Of a DNA stretch of 64,000 bases, positions 42,312 to 51,510 are shown piece by piece. The stretch spans positions 14,492-78,491 of the forward strand of contig DATJYR010000041.1 of NCBI GenBank assembly GCA_035499515.1. Direction: 5' to 3'. The translations under genes were made by a program, and so were the position numbers. The stretch's first letter is position 1; every line of letters begins with the position of its first letter. The notes beneath the pieces were generated by a model. It searched no databases, was not told where the DNA came from, and saw only the letters and a list, made by a program, of their open reading frames with translations. The DNA is from Steroidobacteraceae bacterium. Its GTDB lineage: Bacteria > Pseudomonadota > Gammaproteobacteria > Steroidobacterales > Steroidobacteraceae.

Positions 42312-42983
42312 ATGAGCGAAGTGGCCACAGATTACATCTCCGAGCGCCGGCTGGAGGAGAAAGATCGCCGCCGCAGCCAGATCCTGGACGCCGCCGAATC
42401 CGTCGCCGCGACTTCCGGCATCGAGTCGCTGACCATGGAGCAGGTGGCGCGACGCGCGCGCCTGTCGCGGGCACTGATCTACCTGTACTTCAAGGACAAG
42501 CTGGACCTGCACTTCGGGCTCTGCGAGCGCGGCATCGCCTTGCTCACGCAACGCTTCGAGGAAGCCCATCGCCGACCCATGCAGGGACTTGCGAAGATCA
42601 TCGCCATTGGCCGCGCGTACGTTGCATTTTCGCAGGAATTCCCCGTTTATTTCGATGCCCTGGCGCGCTTCCAGGCCCAGGAGGCGGAGCTGCCGCAGTC
42701 CCCTGGGGCGACCGCCGCGGGCTCACTCACCGCCTGCCTGGCCGCCAGCGCCCGGCTGCACGAGATCATCGCCAGCGTCATCGCCGAGGGCCAGCGCGAT
42801 GGCACCATCAGCCCCGCCGCTGGCGATCCCCTCGCGGTGTCCCTGACCCTGTGGGGCTTCATGCACGGCATCATCCAGCTGAGCACCACCAAAGCCGCCC
42901 TGCTCGGCGAACTGGGCCTCGACACCCGCGCGCTGCAGGAGCAGGCGCTGAAGCTGGCCACCCGCGCACTGGCACCTGCCTAG
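42312..42983 (+). CDS. TetR family transcriptional regulator
   Basis: HTH is MEQVARRARLSRALIYLYFKDK. It is the first gene of the efflux operon. The start was chosen at the third in-frame initiation codon (MSEVATDY). Confidence 0.85.
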   Translation: MSEVATDYISERRLEEKDRRRSQILDAAESVAATSGIESLTMEQVARRARLSRALIYLYFKDKLDLHFGLCERGIALLTQRFEEAHRRPMQGLAKIIAIGRAYVAFSQEFPVYFDALARFQAQEAELPQSPGATAAGSLTACLAASARLHEIIASVIAEGQRDGTISPAAGDPLAVSLTLWGFMHGIIQLSTTKAALLGELGLDTRALQEQALKLATRALAPA

Positions 42984-42999
42984 AGGGTTTTTTTGCGCC

Positions 43000-44523
43000 G
43001 TGATTGACACGCGTCCAATGACTGCACGACTGATGGGACCGCTCCGGGTGCCGCTGCCGCGGCGAGGGACCTCGCGGCCCCGGGTTCTCCCGGCGCTGGC
43101 CTTGCTGGCGCTGGCGCTGCTTCCCGCCGGGATGCTGCTCGCGCCGTCGCGGGCCGCTGCGGACGAACCTGAAGCCGGCGCCTCGCTCACCGACGTCCTG
43201 CGCACGTACATCGACCAGGGGCTGCAATCCAACCTGACCCTGCAGAACCAGTCGCTCGAGCTCGACCGCAGCCGCGCGGCGCTGGAGGCGGCCCGGGCGC
43301 GCTTCCTGCCGGAGGTGTCGGTGTCGGCCCGCTACACGCGCGCCGAGGGCGGGCGGCAGATCGTCATACCGGTCTCCCAGCTCCTGAACCCCGCCTACCA
43401 GACGCTCAACGAGCTGCTGGTGGCGCAGGGCGAAGCGCCGCGCTTCCCCACCGTGAGCGACGTGAGCATTCCGCTGCAGCTGCCGCGCGAGCAGGACACG
43501 CGCCTGTCGCTCAGGCAGCCGCTGTACGCGCCCGCGCTGTCGGCCGGGGCCCGTGCCGCGGCCGCGCAGCACGACGCCGCAGGCTACTCCCTGGCGGCCT
43601 ACCGCAATGAACTCAAGCGCGACATCAGCATCGCCTACTACAACTGGCTGAAGGCCCGCGCGGCCACCGACATCGTCCGCTCGGCCGAGGCGTTGCTGGC
43701 CGAGAACCTGCGCGTGAACGAGGCCCTCTCGCGCGAGGGCAAGCTCACGCTCGACCAGGTCGAGCGCGCGCGCGCCGAGCTGCTGGCGGTGGACCAGCAG
43801 CAGCGCGAGGCGGACAACAGCGTGCTGCAGGGCCAGCGCTACCTCAATTTCCTGCTCAATCGCGCCCTGGATGCGCCGCTGGTGGCCGCCGACGTGGACG
43901 ATGCGGAACTGTGGATGCCGGCGGTGGCGGCCGCGGTCGCGGTCGCGCCAGCGGTGGCGCCCGGCGATCCCGCGGCGCCCGGCGCGGATCGCCCCGAGCT
44001 GCAGCAGATCGCCGCCAACCTGAAAGCCAGCCAGGCCCAGCTCGACGCGGCCCGGGATGCCCGCCTGCCCACGCTCGCGCTGGGTGTGGACGCCGGCACG
44101 CAGGGCGATGAGTACCGTTTCGGTCCCGGCTACAACTTCGTGACCGGCTCGCTGCTGTTCAGCTGGACCGTGTTCGATGGCGGCGCACGCACGGCGGCCA
44201 TCGACCAGGCGCGCAGCGCCAGCCGCCAGCTCGACCACCTGCAGACGCAGACCCGCAGCCGCATCGCGCTGGAAATCCTGCAGGCGCGCGACAACCTGCA
44301 GCTGGCGCACGACTCGTGGGTCACCGCGCAGGCGCGCGCGGTGGCGAGCCGCGAAGCGTTTCGCATCCTGAGCCACAAGCGCGACGAGGGCATGGCCAGC
44401 CAGGTCGAATTCCTCGACGCGCGCAACACGCTCAGCAACGCCGAACTGAATCTCAACCTGACGCGCTACGACGCGCTGATACGCCGGGCGGAATACGAAT
44501 ACGCGACGGCGGGAGCCCTGTGA
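43000..44523 (+). CDS. TolC-family outer membrane efflux protein
   Basis: Signal region, then LTDVLRTYIDQGLQSNLTLQNQSLELDRSRAALEAARARFLPEVS. The helical repeat structure is duplicated. Confidence 0.85.
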   Translation: MIDTRPMTARLMGPLRVPLPRRGTSRPRVLPALALLALALLPAGMLLAPSRAAADEPEAGASLTDVLRTYIDQGLQSNLTLQNQSLELDRSRAALEAARARFLPEVSVSARYTRAEGGRQIVIPVSQLLNPAYQTLNELLVAQGEAPRFPTVSDVSIPLQLPREQDTRLSLRQPLYAPALSAGARAAAAQHDAAGYSLAAYRNELKRDISIAYYNWLKARAATDIVRSAEALLAENLRVNEALSREGKLTLDQVERARAELLAVDQQQREADNSVLQGQRYLNFLLNRALDAPLVAADVDDAELWMPAVAAAVAVAPAVAPGDPAAPGADRPELQQIAANLKASQAQLDAARDARLPTLALGVDAGTQGDEYRFGPGYNFVTGSLLFSWTVFDGGARTAAIDQARSASRQLDHLQTQTRSRIALEILQARDNLQLAHDSWVTAQARAVASREAFRILSHKRDEGMASQVEFLDARNTLSNAELNLNLTRYDALIRRAEYEYATAGAL

Positions 44524-44527
44524 CGCC

Positions 44528-45580
44528 ATGAAGCACCTTCCCTTGCCGCTTGCGGGTCCGATCGCCACCGCGCTGCTGCTGCTCGCCGGCTGCGGCGGCG
44601 CGGGACAGCCAGCCGCGAATGTCGCCAGACCCGCCACGCCCGTGGGCATCGCGCGCGCGGAGCTGGGCGCCGCCTCGCGCCGGCTGGCGCTCCACGGCGT
44701 GGTCGCGAGCCGCGATGAGCTGAAGCTGTCGTTCAAGGTGGGCGGCCTGATCCGCAGCATCGCCGTGCGGCCCGGCGACAGCGTGCGGCGCGGCCAGCAG
44801 CTGGCCGAGATCCAGCTCGCCGAGGTGGACGCGCAGCTGACGCAGGCGCAGGCGCTCGAGGCGCGCGCCGCGCGCGACCTGGAGCGCGGCGAGCACCTGT
44901 ATGCGGAGCAGGTGATCACGCTCGAGCAGCTGCAGAACCTGCGCACCCAGCACCAGGTGGCGGCCGCGCAGCTCAGTGCGGTGCGTTTCAACCGCGGCCA
45001 GTCCGTCATCACCGCGCCGGCCGACGGCGTGGTGCTGCGCCGCCTGGCCGAAGAGCACGAGGTGGTGGCGCCGGGCCAGCCGGTGCTGCTCATCAGCGAT
45101 GCGGCGAGCGGCACCGTGGTGCGGGCGGCCGTTTCGGATCGCGACCTGCTGCAGTTGCATAGGGGCGATGCGGCCACGGTGCGGCTCGACGCGGATCCGT
45201 CGCGGACCCTGCCCGGCAGGCTGATCGAGATCAGCCGCGCCGCGGATCCGGCCACGGGTCTGTTTCCGGTGGTGGTGGCGGTGCCAGCCCCCGGCACACC
45301 CCTCGCCAGCGGCATGGTGGCCACCGTGCAGATCGAACCGCCCGCGGGCGGCGCGCAGCGCGTGCACATTCCGTTGGGCGCGGTGGTCGCGGCCGCCGGG
45401 AACAAGGCCGATGTGTTCGTGCTGGACGGCGACATCGCACGCAAGCGCGCCGTGCAGATCGACTTCATCGACGACAGCGACGTGGCGCTGAGCAGCGGCC
45501 TTGCGGCCGGCACCACCGTGATCACCGACGGTGCGTCCTACCTGGACGACAACGCACGCGTCAAAGTCGCGACGCCCTGA
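44528..45580 (+). CDS. efflux RND periplasmic adaptor (HlyD/MFP family) lipoprotein
   Basis: Lipobox LLAGC and a coiled-coil hairpin (EVDAQLTQAQALEARAARDLERGEHLY). Confidence 0.85.
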   Translation: MKHLPLPLAGPIATALLLLAGCGGAGQPAANVARPATPVGIARAELGAASRRLALHGVVASRDELKLSFKVGGLIRSIAVRPGDSVRRGQQLAEIQLAEVDAQLTQAQALEARAARDLERGEHLYAEQVITLEQLQNLRTQHQVAAAQLSAVRFNRGQSVITAPADGVVLRRLAEEHEVVAPGQPVLLISDAASGTVVRAAVSDRDLLQLHRGDAATVRLDADPSRTLPGRLIEISRAADPATGLFPVVVAVPAPGTPLASGMVATVQIEPPAGGAQRVHIPLGAVVAAAGNKADVFVLDGDIARKRAVQIDFIDDSDVALSSGLAAGTTVITDGASYLDDNARVKVATP

Positions 45581-45592
45581 CGCTCCGCCGCC

Positions 45593-48500
45593 ATGCGCCT
45601 GCTCGAATTCCCCATCCGCCGCTACCAGTTCACGCTGGTGGCGTTCCTGTGCCTGGTGGCGCTCGGCGTGTATTCGTTCATGGGCATGCCACGCGAGGAG
45701 GACCCGCACCTGAAGCTGTCGGTGTTCTTCGTCACCGCGATCAGCCCGGGCTCGGATCCGAAGGACCTGGAGCGGCTGGTGGCCAAGCCCATCGAGGATC
45801 GCATCGCGGGCCTCGACGACGTGCACAAACTCGAGACCACGGTGGTGGACGGCGTGGTGTTCATCGCCGTCGAATTCGACGCCAGCACCGACCCCGACAA
45901 GAAGTACGACGAGATCACGCGCGAGATCAACGCGCTGCGGCCCGAGCTGCCGGCCGACCTCGCGCGGCTCGAGATCCGCAAGATCGCGCCCGCGCTGGTG
46001 AACATCGAGCAGCTGGCGCTGGTGTCGCAGGATGCGCCGTATGCCGAACTCGAGGACCGGGCCCGCGAGCTGCGCGATGTGCTGCGCGCCGTGCCCGGCA
46101 TCCGCACCGCCGAGACCTGGGCCTATCCCGCCCGCGAGCTGCGCGTCACCCTCCAGCTGCCGCGGCTCGCCGCCTGGCAGCTCACGCCTGACCAGGTGCT
46201 GCAGGCGCTGCAGAGCGGCAACGCCAACGTGCCCGCGGGTTTCGTCGATCTCGGCAGCCGCACGTTCAGCGTGAAATCCACGGGCAGCTACAGCTCGCTC
46301 GACCAGGTGCGCGACACGGTGATCGCGGGCAGCGCGGGCCGCATCGTGCGCATCCGCGACGTGGCCGACGTCGCCTGGGACAACGAGACGCTGACCTATA
46401 CGGGCGATTACAACGGCCAGCGCGCCGTGTTCGTGACCGCCAACCAGAAGGATGGCTACAACATCCTGGCGGTGCAGAAGAGCCTCGACGCCGCGCTCGA
46501 TCGTTTCGAGACCACGCTGCCGCAGCGCATTCACCTCGCCCGCGGTTTCGAGCAGGCGCGCAACGTCAGCGCGCGCCTCAATCGCCTCTACACCGACTTC
46601 AGCATCGCGATCGGCCTGGTGCTGCTCACGCTGCTGCCGCTGGGCTGGCGCGCCGCGAGCGTGGTGATGATCTCCATCCCGCTGTCGCTGGCGGTGGGCA
46701 TCGCGTCCATCTACTTCATGGGTTACTCGCTGAACCAGATTTCGATCGCGGGCTTCGTCGTGGCGCTGGGCCTCCTGGTGGACGACTCCATCGTGGTGGT
46801 GGAGAACATCGCGCGCCACCTGCGCGAGGGCGCATCGCGCATCGAGGCGGCGCTGGCCGCCACGCGCCAGATCTTCGTCGCGGTGCTGGGCTGCACGGCC
46901 GCGCTGATCTTCGCCTTCCTGCCGCTGATCGCGCTGCCGGGCAGCCCGGGCAAGTTCATCCGCGTGCTGCCCGTCACCATCGTCGCCACCATCCTGGGTT
47001 CGCTGCTGATCGCGCTGTTCATCACGCCGTTCATGGCCAGCCGCATGCTCTCGGCCAAGACCGACTCGCACGCCAGTCCGTTGCTGGATCGCATCATGGG
47101 CGCGATCCACCGCTACTACCGGCCGGCGCTGCAGTACTGCCTGGCGCGGCCGCGCGCCGCGGCGGGCGTCGCCATCGGCGGCTCGCTGCTGCTGATCTTC
47201 GTGCTGACGCGCTTGCTGGGCAGCAGCCTGTTCCCCAAAGCGGACACGCCGCAGTTCCTGGTGACGATCGAGGCGCCCAACGGCAGCAGCTACGCCGCCA
47301 CGCAACGCGCACTGAAGTTCGCCGAACAGCAGGTGGCGAAAGTGCCCCAGCTCGCCGGCTACTTCTCGAACCTCGGCCACGGCAACCCGCAGATCTACTA
47401 CAACCACATCGTGCACAACGATTCGCCGAACTACGCCGAGATGTTCGTGCAGCTGAAGCGGTACGACACGCACCAGACGCCGAAGGATCTCGAGGCGCTG
47501 CGCACGGCGCTGGCGGCCTATCCGGCCGCCCACATCTATGTGAAGGAGTTCGTGAACGGCACGCCGATCACCGCGCCCATCGCGGTGCGCGTCATCGGCC
47601 CGGAGCTCGCGGGCCTCGACACGCTCTCGCGGCAGGTGCAGCAGGTCATCGAGTCGACGCCGGGCACGCGCGATGTGAGCAATCCGTTGCGCGTGCCGCG
47701 CACCAACCTGAAGCTGCAGGTGGACACTGAAAAAGCCGGCCTGCTCGGCGTGCCCGCCATCTCGCTCGAGCGCGCGGTGCGACTGGCGGTGTCGGGACTG
47801 CCGGCGGGCAACTACAAGGCCGACAACGGCGAGCAGTACGGCATCGTGCTGCGCACGCCGATGGGCACGCGCGCCGATCTCTCGGCGCTCGACCAGGTGC
47901 AGGTGCCCACGGTCACGGGCCAGCTGCTGCCCCTGTCGCAGCTCGCGCACCTCGAATTCGAACGCGCGCCCACGGTCATCGAGCGCTTCGCGCGCGAGCG
48001 TTCGGTCACGCTGGATTCGGAAGTGCAGAACGGCTTCAACACCGGCAAGGTCACCGCCGCGCTCGTCAAGCGCCTGGATGCCATGAGCTGGCCGCGCGGC
48101 TATCACTACGTGCTGGGCGGCGAGGCCGAGTCCAGCGCCGAATCGTTCGGCGGCATCGGCGTGGCCATCATCGTGGCGCTGTTCGGCATCTTCGCCATCC
48201 TGGTGCTGGAGTTCGGGAGCTTCCGCGCCACGCTGATCGTGCTCACCGTGGTGCCGCTGGGCGTGATGGGCGGCCTGCTCATGCTGTTGTTCACCGGCAA
48301 CGACATCTCGTTTGTCGCCAGCATCGGTTTCGTGGCCCTGATCGGCATCGAGATCAAGAACTCCATCCTGCTGGTGGACTTCACCAACCAGCTGCGCCTG
48401 CAGGGCGTCGGCCTCGACGAGGCCATCGAACGCGCGGGCGAGATCCGCTTCCTCCCCATCCTGTTGACTTCGGTCACCGCGATCGGCGGCCTGCTGCCTT

Positions 48501-48646
48501 TGGCACTGCAAAACATCGGGCTGTATTCGCCCATGGCGTGGGTGATCATCGGCGGCCTGATCAGCTCGACGCTGCTGGCGCGCCTGGTCACGCCCGTGAT
48601 CTACAAACTGCTGCCACCGCAGATTGTAAGTGTTACAGCGACTTAA
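45593..48646 (+). CDS. RND efflux permease (AcrB/AcrD/AcrF family)
   Basis: 1017 aa with 12-TM RND architecture. It contains SIAGFVVALGLLVDDSIVVVENI and FVALIGIEIKNSILLVDF. Confidence 0.95.
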   Translation: MRLLEFPIRRYQFTLVAFLCLVALGVYSFMGMPREEDPHLKLSVFFVTAISPGSDPKDLERLVAKPIEDRIAGLDDVHKLETTVVDGVVFIAVEFDASTDPDKKYDEITREINALRPELPADLARLEIRKIAPALVNIEQLALVSQDAPYAELEDRARELRDVLRAVPGIRTAETWAYPARELRVTLQLPRLAAWQLTPDQVLQALQSGNANVPAGFVDLGSRTFSVKSTGSYSSLDQVRDTVIAGSAGRIVRIRDVADVAWDNETLTYTGDYNGQRAVFVTANQKDGYNILAVQKSLDAALDRFETTLPQRIHLARGFEQARNVSARLNRLYTDFSIAIGLVLLTLLPLGWRAASVVMISIPLSLAVGIASIYFMGYSLNQISIAGFVVALGLLVDDSIVVVENIARHLREGASRIEAALAATRQIFVAVLGCTAALIFAFLPLIALPGSPGKFIRVLPVTIVATILGSLLIALFITPFMASRMLSAKTDSHASPLLDRIMGAIHRYYRPALQYCLARPRAAAGVAIGGSLLLIFVLTRLLGSSLFPKADTPQFLVTIEAPNGSSYAATQRALKFAEQQVAKVPQLAGYFSNLGHGNPQIYYNHIVHNDSPNYAEMFVQLKRYDTHQTPKDLEALRTALAAYPAAHIYVKEFVNGTPITAPIAVRVIGPELAGLDTLSRQVQQVIESTPGTRDVSNPLRVPRTNLKLQVDTEKAGLLGVPAISLERAVRLAVSGLPAGNYKADNGEQYGIVLRTPMGTRADLSALDQVQVPTVTGQLLPLSQLAHLEFERAPTVIERFARERSVTLDSEVQNGFNTGKVTAALVKRLDAMSWPRGYHYVLGGEAESSAESFGGIGVAIIVALFGIFAILVLEFGSFRATLIVLTVVPLGVMGGLLMLLFTGNDISFVASIGFVALIGIEIKNSILLVDFTNQLRLQGVGLDEAIERAGEIRFLPILLTSVTAIGGLLPLALQNIGLYSPMAWVIIGGLISSTLLARLVTPVIYKLLPPQIVSVTAT

Positions 48647-48734
48647 TATTCGCTTAGGCCGGCGGCAATCATCATTCGCCTATCGTGTTCACGTCGAACC
48701 GATCCAAGACCCATTTTTTTTCAGGAGCCTGCCC

Positions 48735-48932
48735 ATGAAACTGTTTTCCGTTCTGACCTGCGCGACCCTTCTGGCTGCCGGCACCGCGTTCGCCGCGGAC
48801 ACGACCGCCGCTGCGCCGGCCACCGCCCCTTCGGCCAAGTCGTCCTGCTCGAAGGATGCGACGGCCCAGGGCCTGCACGGCAAGGCGCGCAAGGCCGCCA
48901 TCAAGAAGTGCATGAAGGCTGCGGGCAAGTAA
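48735..48932 (+). CDS. small secreted protein with one degenerate PsiF-like repeat
   Basis: AGGAG upstream. Signal peptide MKLFSVLTCATLLAAGTAFA, then SCSKDATAQGLHGKARKAAIKKCM. Confidence 0.6.
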   Translation: MKLFSVLTCATLLAAGTAFAADTTAAAPATAPSAKSSCSKDATAQGLHGKARKAAIKKCMKAAGK

Positions 48933-48935
48933 GCC

Positions 48936-49295
48936 ATGAAGGCCGCAACCGGTCTGTTGATCCTGGCGCTGGGCGCCGCCTCGTCGGTGTGGGCCGCGGA
49001 TGGTTCGGGCTCGGCCCCAACCGCCAGCCCGCCGGCCACGGCGACCGTCAAGCAACTCAGTCCCCAGCAGCAGAAGATGAAGAGCTGCAATGCGGACGCC
49101 AAGACGAAGTCGTTGAGCGGCGACGCGCGCAAGTCCTTCATGAAGAGCTGCCTGAGCGGCGACTCGGCGGGCACCGCCGCGGCGCCGACCACGCCTCAGG
49201 AGCGCATGAAGTCCTGCAACGCGCAGGCCAAGACGCAGGCGCTGACGGGTGACGCTCGCAAGAGCTTCATGAAGACCTGTCTGAAGGCCAGCTGA
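48936..49295 (+). CDS. PsiF-repeat protein (two repeats)
   Basis: Contains KMKSCNADAKTKSLSGDARKSFMKSCL and RMKSCNAQAKTQALTGDARKSFMKTCL. Confidence 0.75.
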   Translation: MKAATGLLILALGAASSVWAADGSGSAPTASPPATATVKQLSPQQQKMKSCNADAKTKSLSGDARKSFMKSCLSGDSAGTAAAPTTPQERMKSCNAQAKTQALTGDARKSFMKTCLKAS

Positions 49296-49321
49296 AGACT
49301 TTCAGTCCCCGGAACGGCAGC

Positions 49322-49351
49322 CCGGGGTCAGGGTCAATGACCCTGCCCCGG
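49322..49351. terminator. imperfect 30-nt palindrome between convergent genes, overlapping the last codons of the kinase gene
   Basis: CCGGGGTCAGGGTCA-A-TGACCCTG(-)CCCCGG, preceded by a second CCCCGG/CCGGGG hairpin. Confidence 0.4.
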
Positions 49352-50743
49352 GTCCTGCCCAGCCCGCAACCGCCCCGCCGGCGCTGACGGAAACACACAG
49401 CGCACCAGCAACCCCGGCTGGTTGTCATGGAGCTCGACGCTCCCGCGGTGCAGTCGCATCACCGCCGCCACCAGGCTCAGGCCCAACCCGCTGCCCGCGC
49501 TCTGCGCCTCATCCCGCGCCAACCGCCGGAACGGCAGCAGCACCTGCGCGCGCTCGGCTTCCGGAATGCCGGGCCCCTGGTCGCGCACCGTGAGCCGCAC
49601 TTTGTCGTTGAGACTGGCGACGTCGACGTCGATGCGGCCGTGCTGCGCGTACTTGATGGCGTTCTCCAGCAGGTTGGCGATCATCTGCGCCAGCAGCTGG
49701 CGGTTGCCGGACACGATCATGTCCCGGCCGATGGCCGCGTGCAGCTGCATGCCCTGTTCGCGCGCCGCTGGCTCGTACAGATCCGCCATCTCGCGCGCCA
49801 GTTCGCCGATGTCGACGGTTTCCTCGTTGGGCAGCGCGCCCGACTCGGCCTGGGCGATCTGCAACAGCGCCGCCAGCGTGCGCTGCACGCGATTGAGGTC
49901 CGCCACCGTGTCGCGGATGATCTCCTGCGCCTGGGTTTCCGGTACGTCGCCGTCCTGTACGCTCTCCAGTCGCACGCGGATGCGGTGCAGCGGCGCGCGC
50001 AGGTCGTGCGCCGCGCTGCCAAACGTGGTGCGCACCGACATGGTCTGGTGCTCGATGCGATCCAGCATGTGGTTCACGGCCCCCGCGAGCTGGTCGAATT
50101 CGTCGGGCGGGGTGCCCTGCGGCAGCCGCTGCGCGAGATCGCCGGAGATGATGCGCTCGCAGGTCTCGGCGACGGCGCGGACGCGGCCGGCGACGCGGCG
50201 GCTGTACCACACGCCGATCAGCGCCGTGAACAGCGCGGTGAGCGTGATGCCCCACAGCGTCGCGGCGCGCAGCCGTCGCACCACGCGCTGGCGCTCCGAG
50301 ACGTCGGTGCCCACCAGCATGCGGTAGGCGCCCAGGTTGAAGATGCGCGCCCGCACCGGATGGTCCACGTCCATGCCGTGCTCGCGGGCGATGATCGTGA
50401 ACTCCAGCCAGCGGCCGGCGTCGGGCGTCTCGCGCGGCCAGCTGGTGAGGTTGCCGGCCTGCGGTTCGTCGGAGGAATCCACCAGCAGGTACACCGCGCC
50501 GGTGCGACCCCAGCTGTCGACGCGGCGGTTCAGCAACTGCACCAGCCGCGACAGGCCATCGGTGTCGTACTGCTCCTTGAGATCCTCGAGCTCGGTCTCG
50601 ATGACCAGATCCACCTCGCGCTCCAGCGCGCGCTGCGTGACCAGGTACACGGTCCACAGCAGCGCGCTCACGCTCACGACGATACTGCAGACGTACAGCG
50701 TCGCGAGACGGCCGGCGGAGGAACGGAACGAGGGCGAGCGCAT
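49334..50743 (-). CDS. sensor histidine kinase (two TM segments, HAMP, HisKA, HATPase_c)
   Basis: H-box FGSAAHDLRAPL, N-box LLENAIKY, and G-boxes RDQGPGI and GSGLGLSLV. Confidence 0.9.
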   Translation of the reverse strand: MRSPSFRSSAGRLATLYVCSIVVSVSALLWTVYLVTQRALEREVDLVIETELEDLKEQYDTDGLSRLVQLLNRRVDSWGRTGAVYLLVDSSDEPQAGNLTSWPRETPDAGRWLEFTIIAREHGMDVDHPVRARIFNLGAYRMLVGTDVSERQRVVRRLRAATLWGITLTALFTALIGVWYSRRVAGRVRAVAETCERIISGDLAQRLPQGTPPDEFDQLAGAVNHMLDRIEHQTMSVRTTFGSAAHDLRAPLHRIRVRLESVQDGDVPETQAQEIIRDTVADLNRVQRTLAALLQIAQAESGALPNEETVDIGELAREMADLYEPAAREQGMQLHAAIGRDMIVSGNRQLLAQMIANLLENAIKYAQHGRIDVDVASLNDKVRLTVRDQGPGIPEAERAQVLLPFRRLARDEAQSAGSGLGLSLVAAVMRLHRGSVELHDNQPGLLVRCVFPSAPAGRLRAGQDPGQGH

Positions 50744-50766
50744 GGGCCAGTGCCGCCGCGCGGCGA

Positions 50767-51447
50767 CTATTCCTGGTCGCGGATCATGTATCCCGCGCCG
50801 CGCACCGTGTGCAGCAGGGCCTTGTCATGCCCCTTGTCGATGGCCTGCCGCAGCCGGCTGATGTGCACGTCGATGAGATTGGTTTGCGGATCGAAGTGCA
50901 GGTTCCACACCGATTCGAGCAGCATGGTGCGCGTCACCACCTGCCCCGCGCGGCGCATCAGGAACTCCAGCAGCTGGAACTCCTTGGCGGTCAGGTCCAC
51001 TTCCTGGCCGCCGCGCGTCACGCGCCGCGCGAGCACGTTGAGCTCGAGGTCGGCCACCTTGAGCATGCGCAGGTGCTGCACGTCGCCCGTGGCCCGGCGC
51101 AGCAGCGCCTCGACGCGCGCCAGCAGTTCGGAGAACGCGAACGGCTTGATGAGGTAGTCGTCGCCGCCGGAGCGCAGGCCCTCGACGCGATCGTCCACCG
51201 TGCCCAGTGCGCTCAGCACCAGCACCGGCGTGTGGTCGCCCTTCTGGCGCAGCGTGTTGATGATGGACAGGCCGTCCAGGTAGGGCAGCATGCGATCGAT
51301 GATGAGCAGGTCAAACTGGCTTTCGGAGGCGTGGAACAGGCCGTCGCGGCCGTCCGGGCAGTGCTGCACGGTGTAACCCGCCTCGCGCAGGCCCTTCACC
51401 ACGTGCCGGGCGGCCTCCAGATCGTCTTCTATCAGAAGTATTTGCAC
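50767..51447 (-). CDS. OmpR-family response regulator
   Basis: MQILLIEDD...DLLIIDRMLP receiver domain and a C-terminal winged helix (LTAKEFQLLEFLM...VRGAGY). Confidence 0.9.
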   Translation of the reverse strand: MQILLIEDDLEAARHVVKGLREAGYTVQHCPDGRDGLFHASESQFDLLIIDRMLPYLDGLSIINTLRQKGDHTPVLVLSALGTVDDRVEGLRSGGDDYLIKPFAFSELLARVEALLRRATGDVQHLRMLKVADLELNVLARRVTRGGQEVDLTAKEFQLLEFLMRRAGQVVTRTMLLESVWNLHFDPQTNLIDVHISRLRQAIDKGHDKALLHTVRGAGYMIRDQE

Positions 51448-51498
51448 GGTGCCGTAGCATAACCCGGCCGATATCGGTTACGGCAAGGCCGCGATCCT

Positions 51499-51504
51499 TA
51501 TAAT
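51499..51504 (+). promoter_or_regulatory. perfect TATAAT hexamer 6 nt upstream of the oxyR ATG (possible leaderless transcript)
   Basis: The sequence is ccTTATAATgccgtaATGgtt. A perfect -10 hexamer is conspicuous in a very GC-rich background, and no SD is present. Confidence 0.35.
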
Positions 51505-51510
51505 GCCGTA

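Noticed and set aside
44453-48511. 1352-aa minus-strand ORF antisense to the RND adaptor and permease genes
   Set aside because: It has an Arg/His/Gly/Asp-rich nonsense composition. The plus strand encodes unmistakable MFP and AcrB-family proteins.
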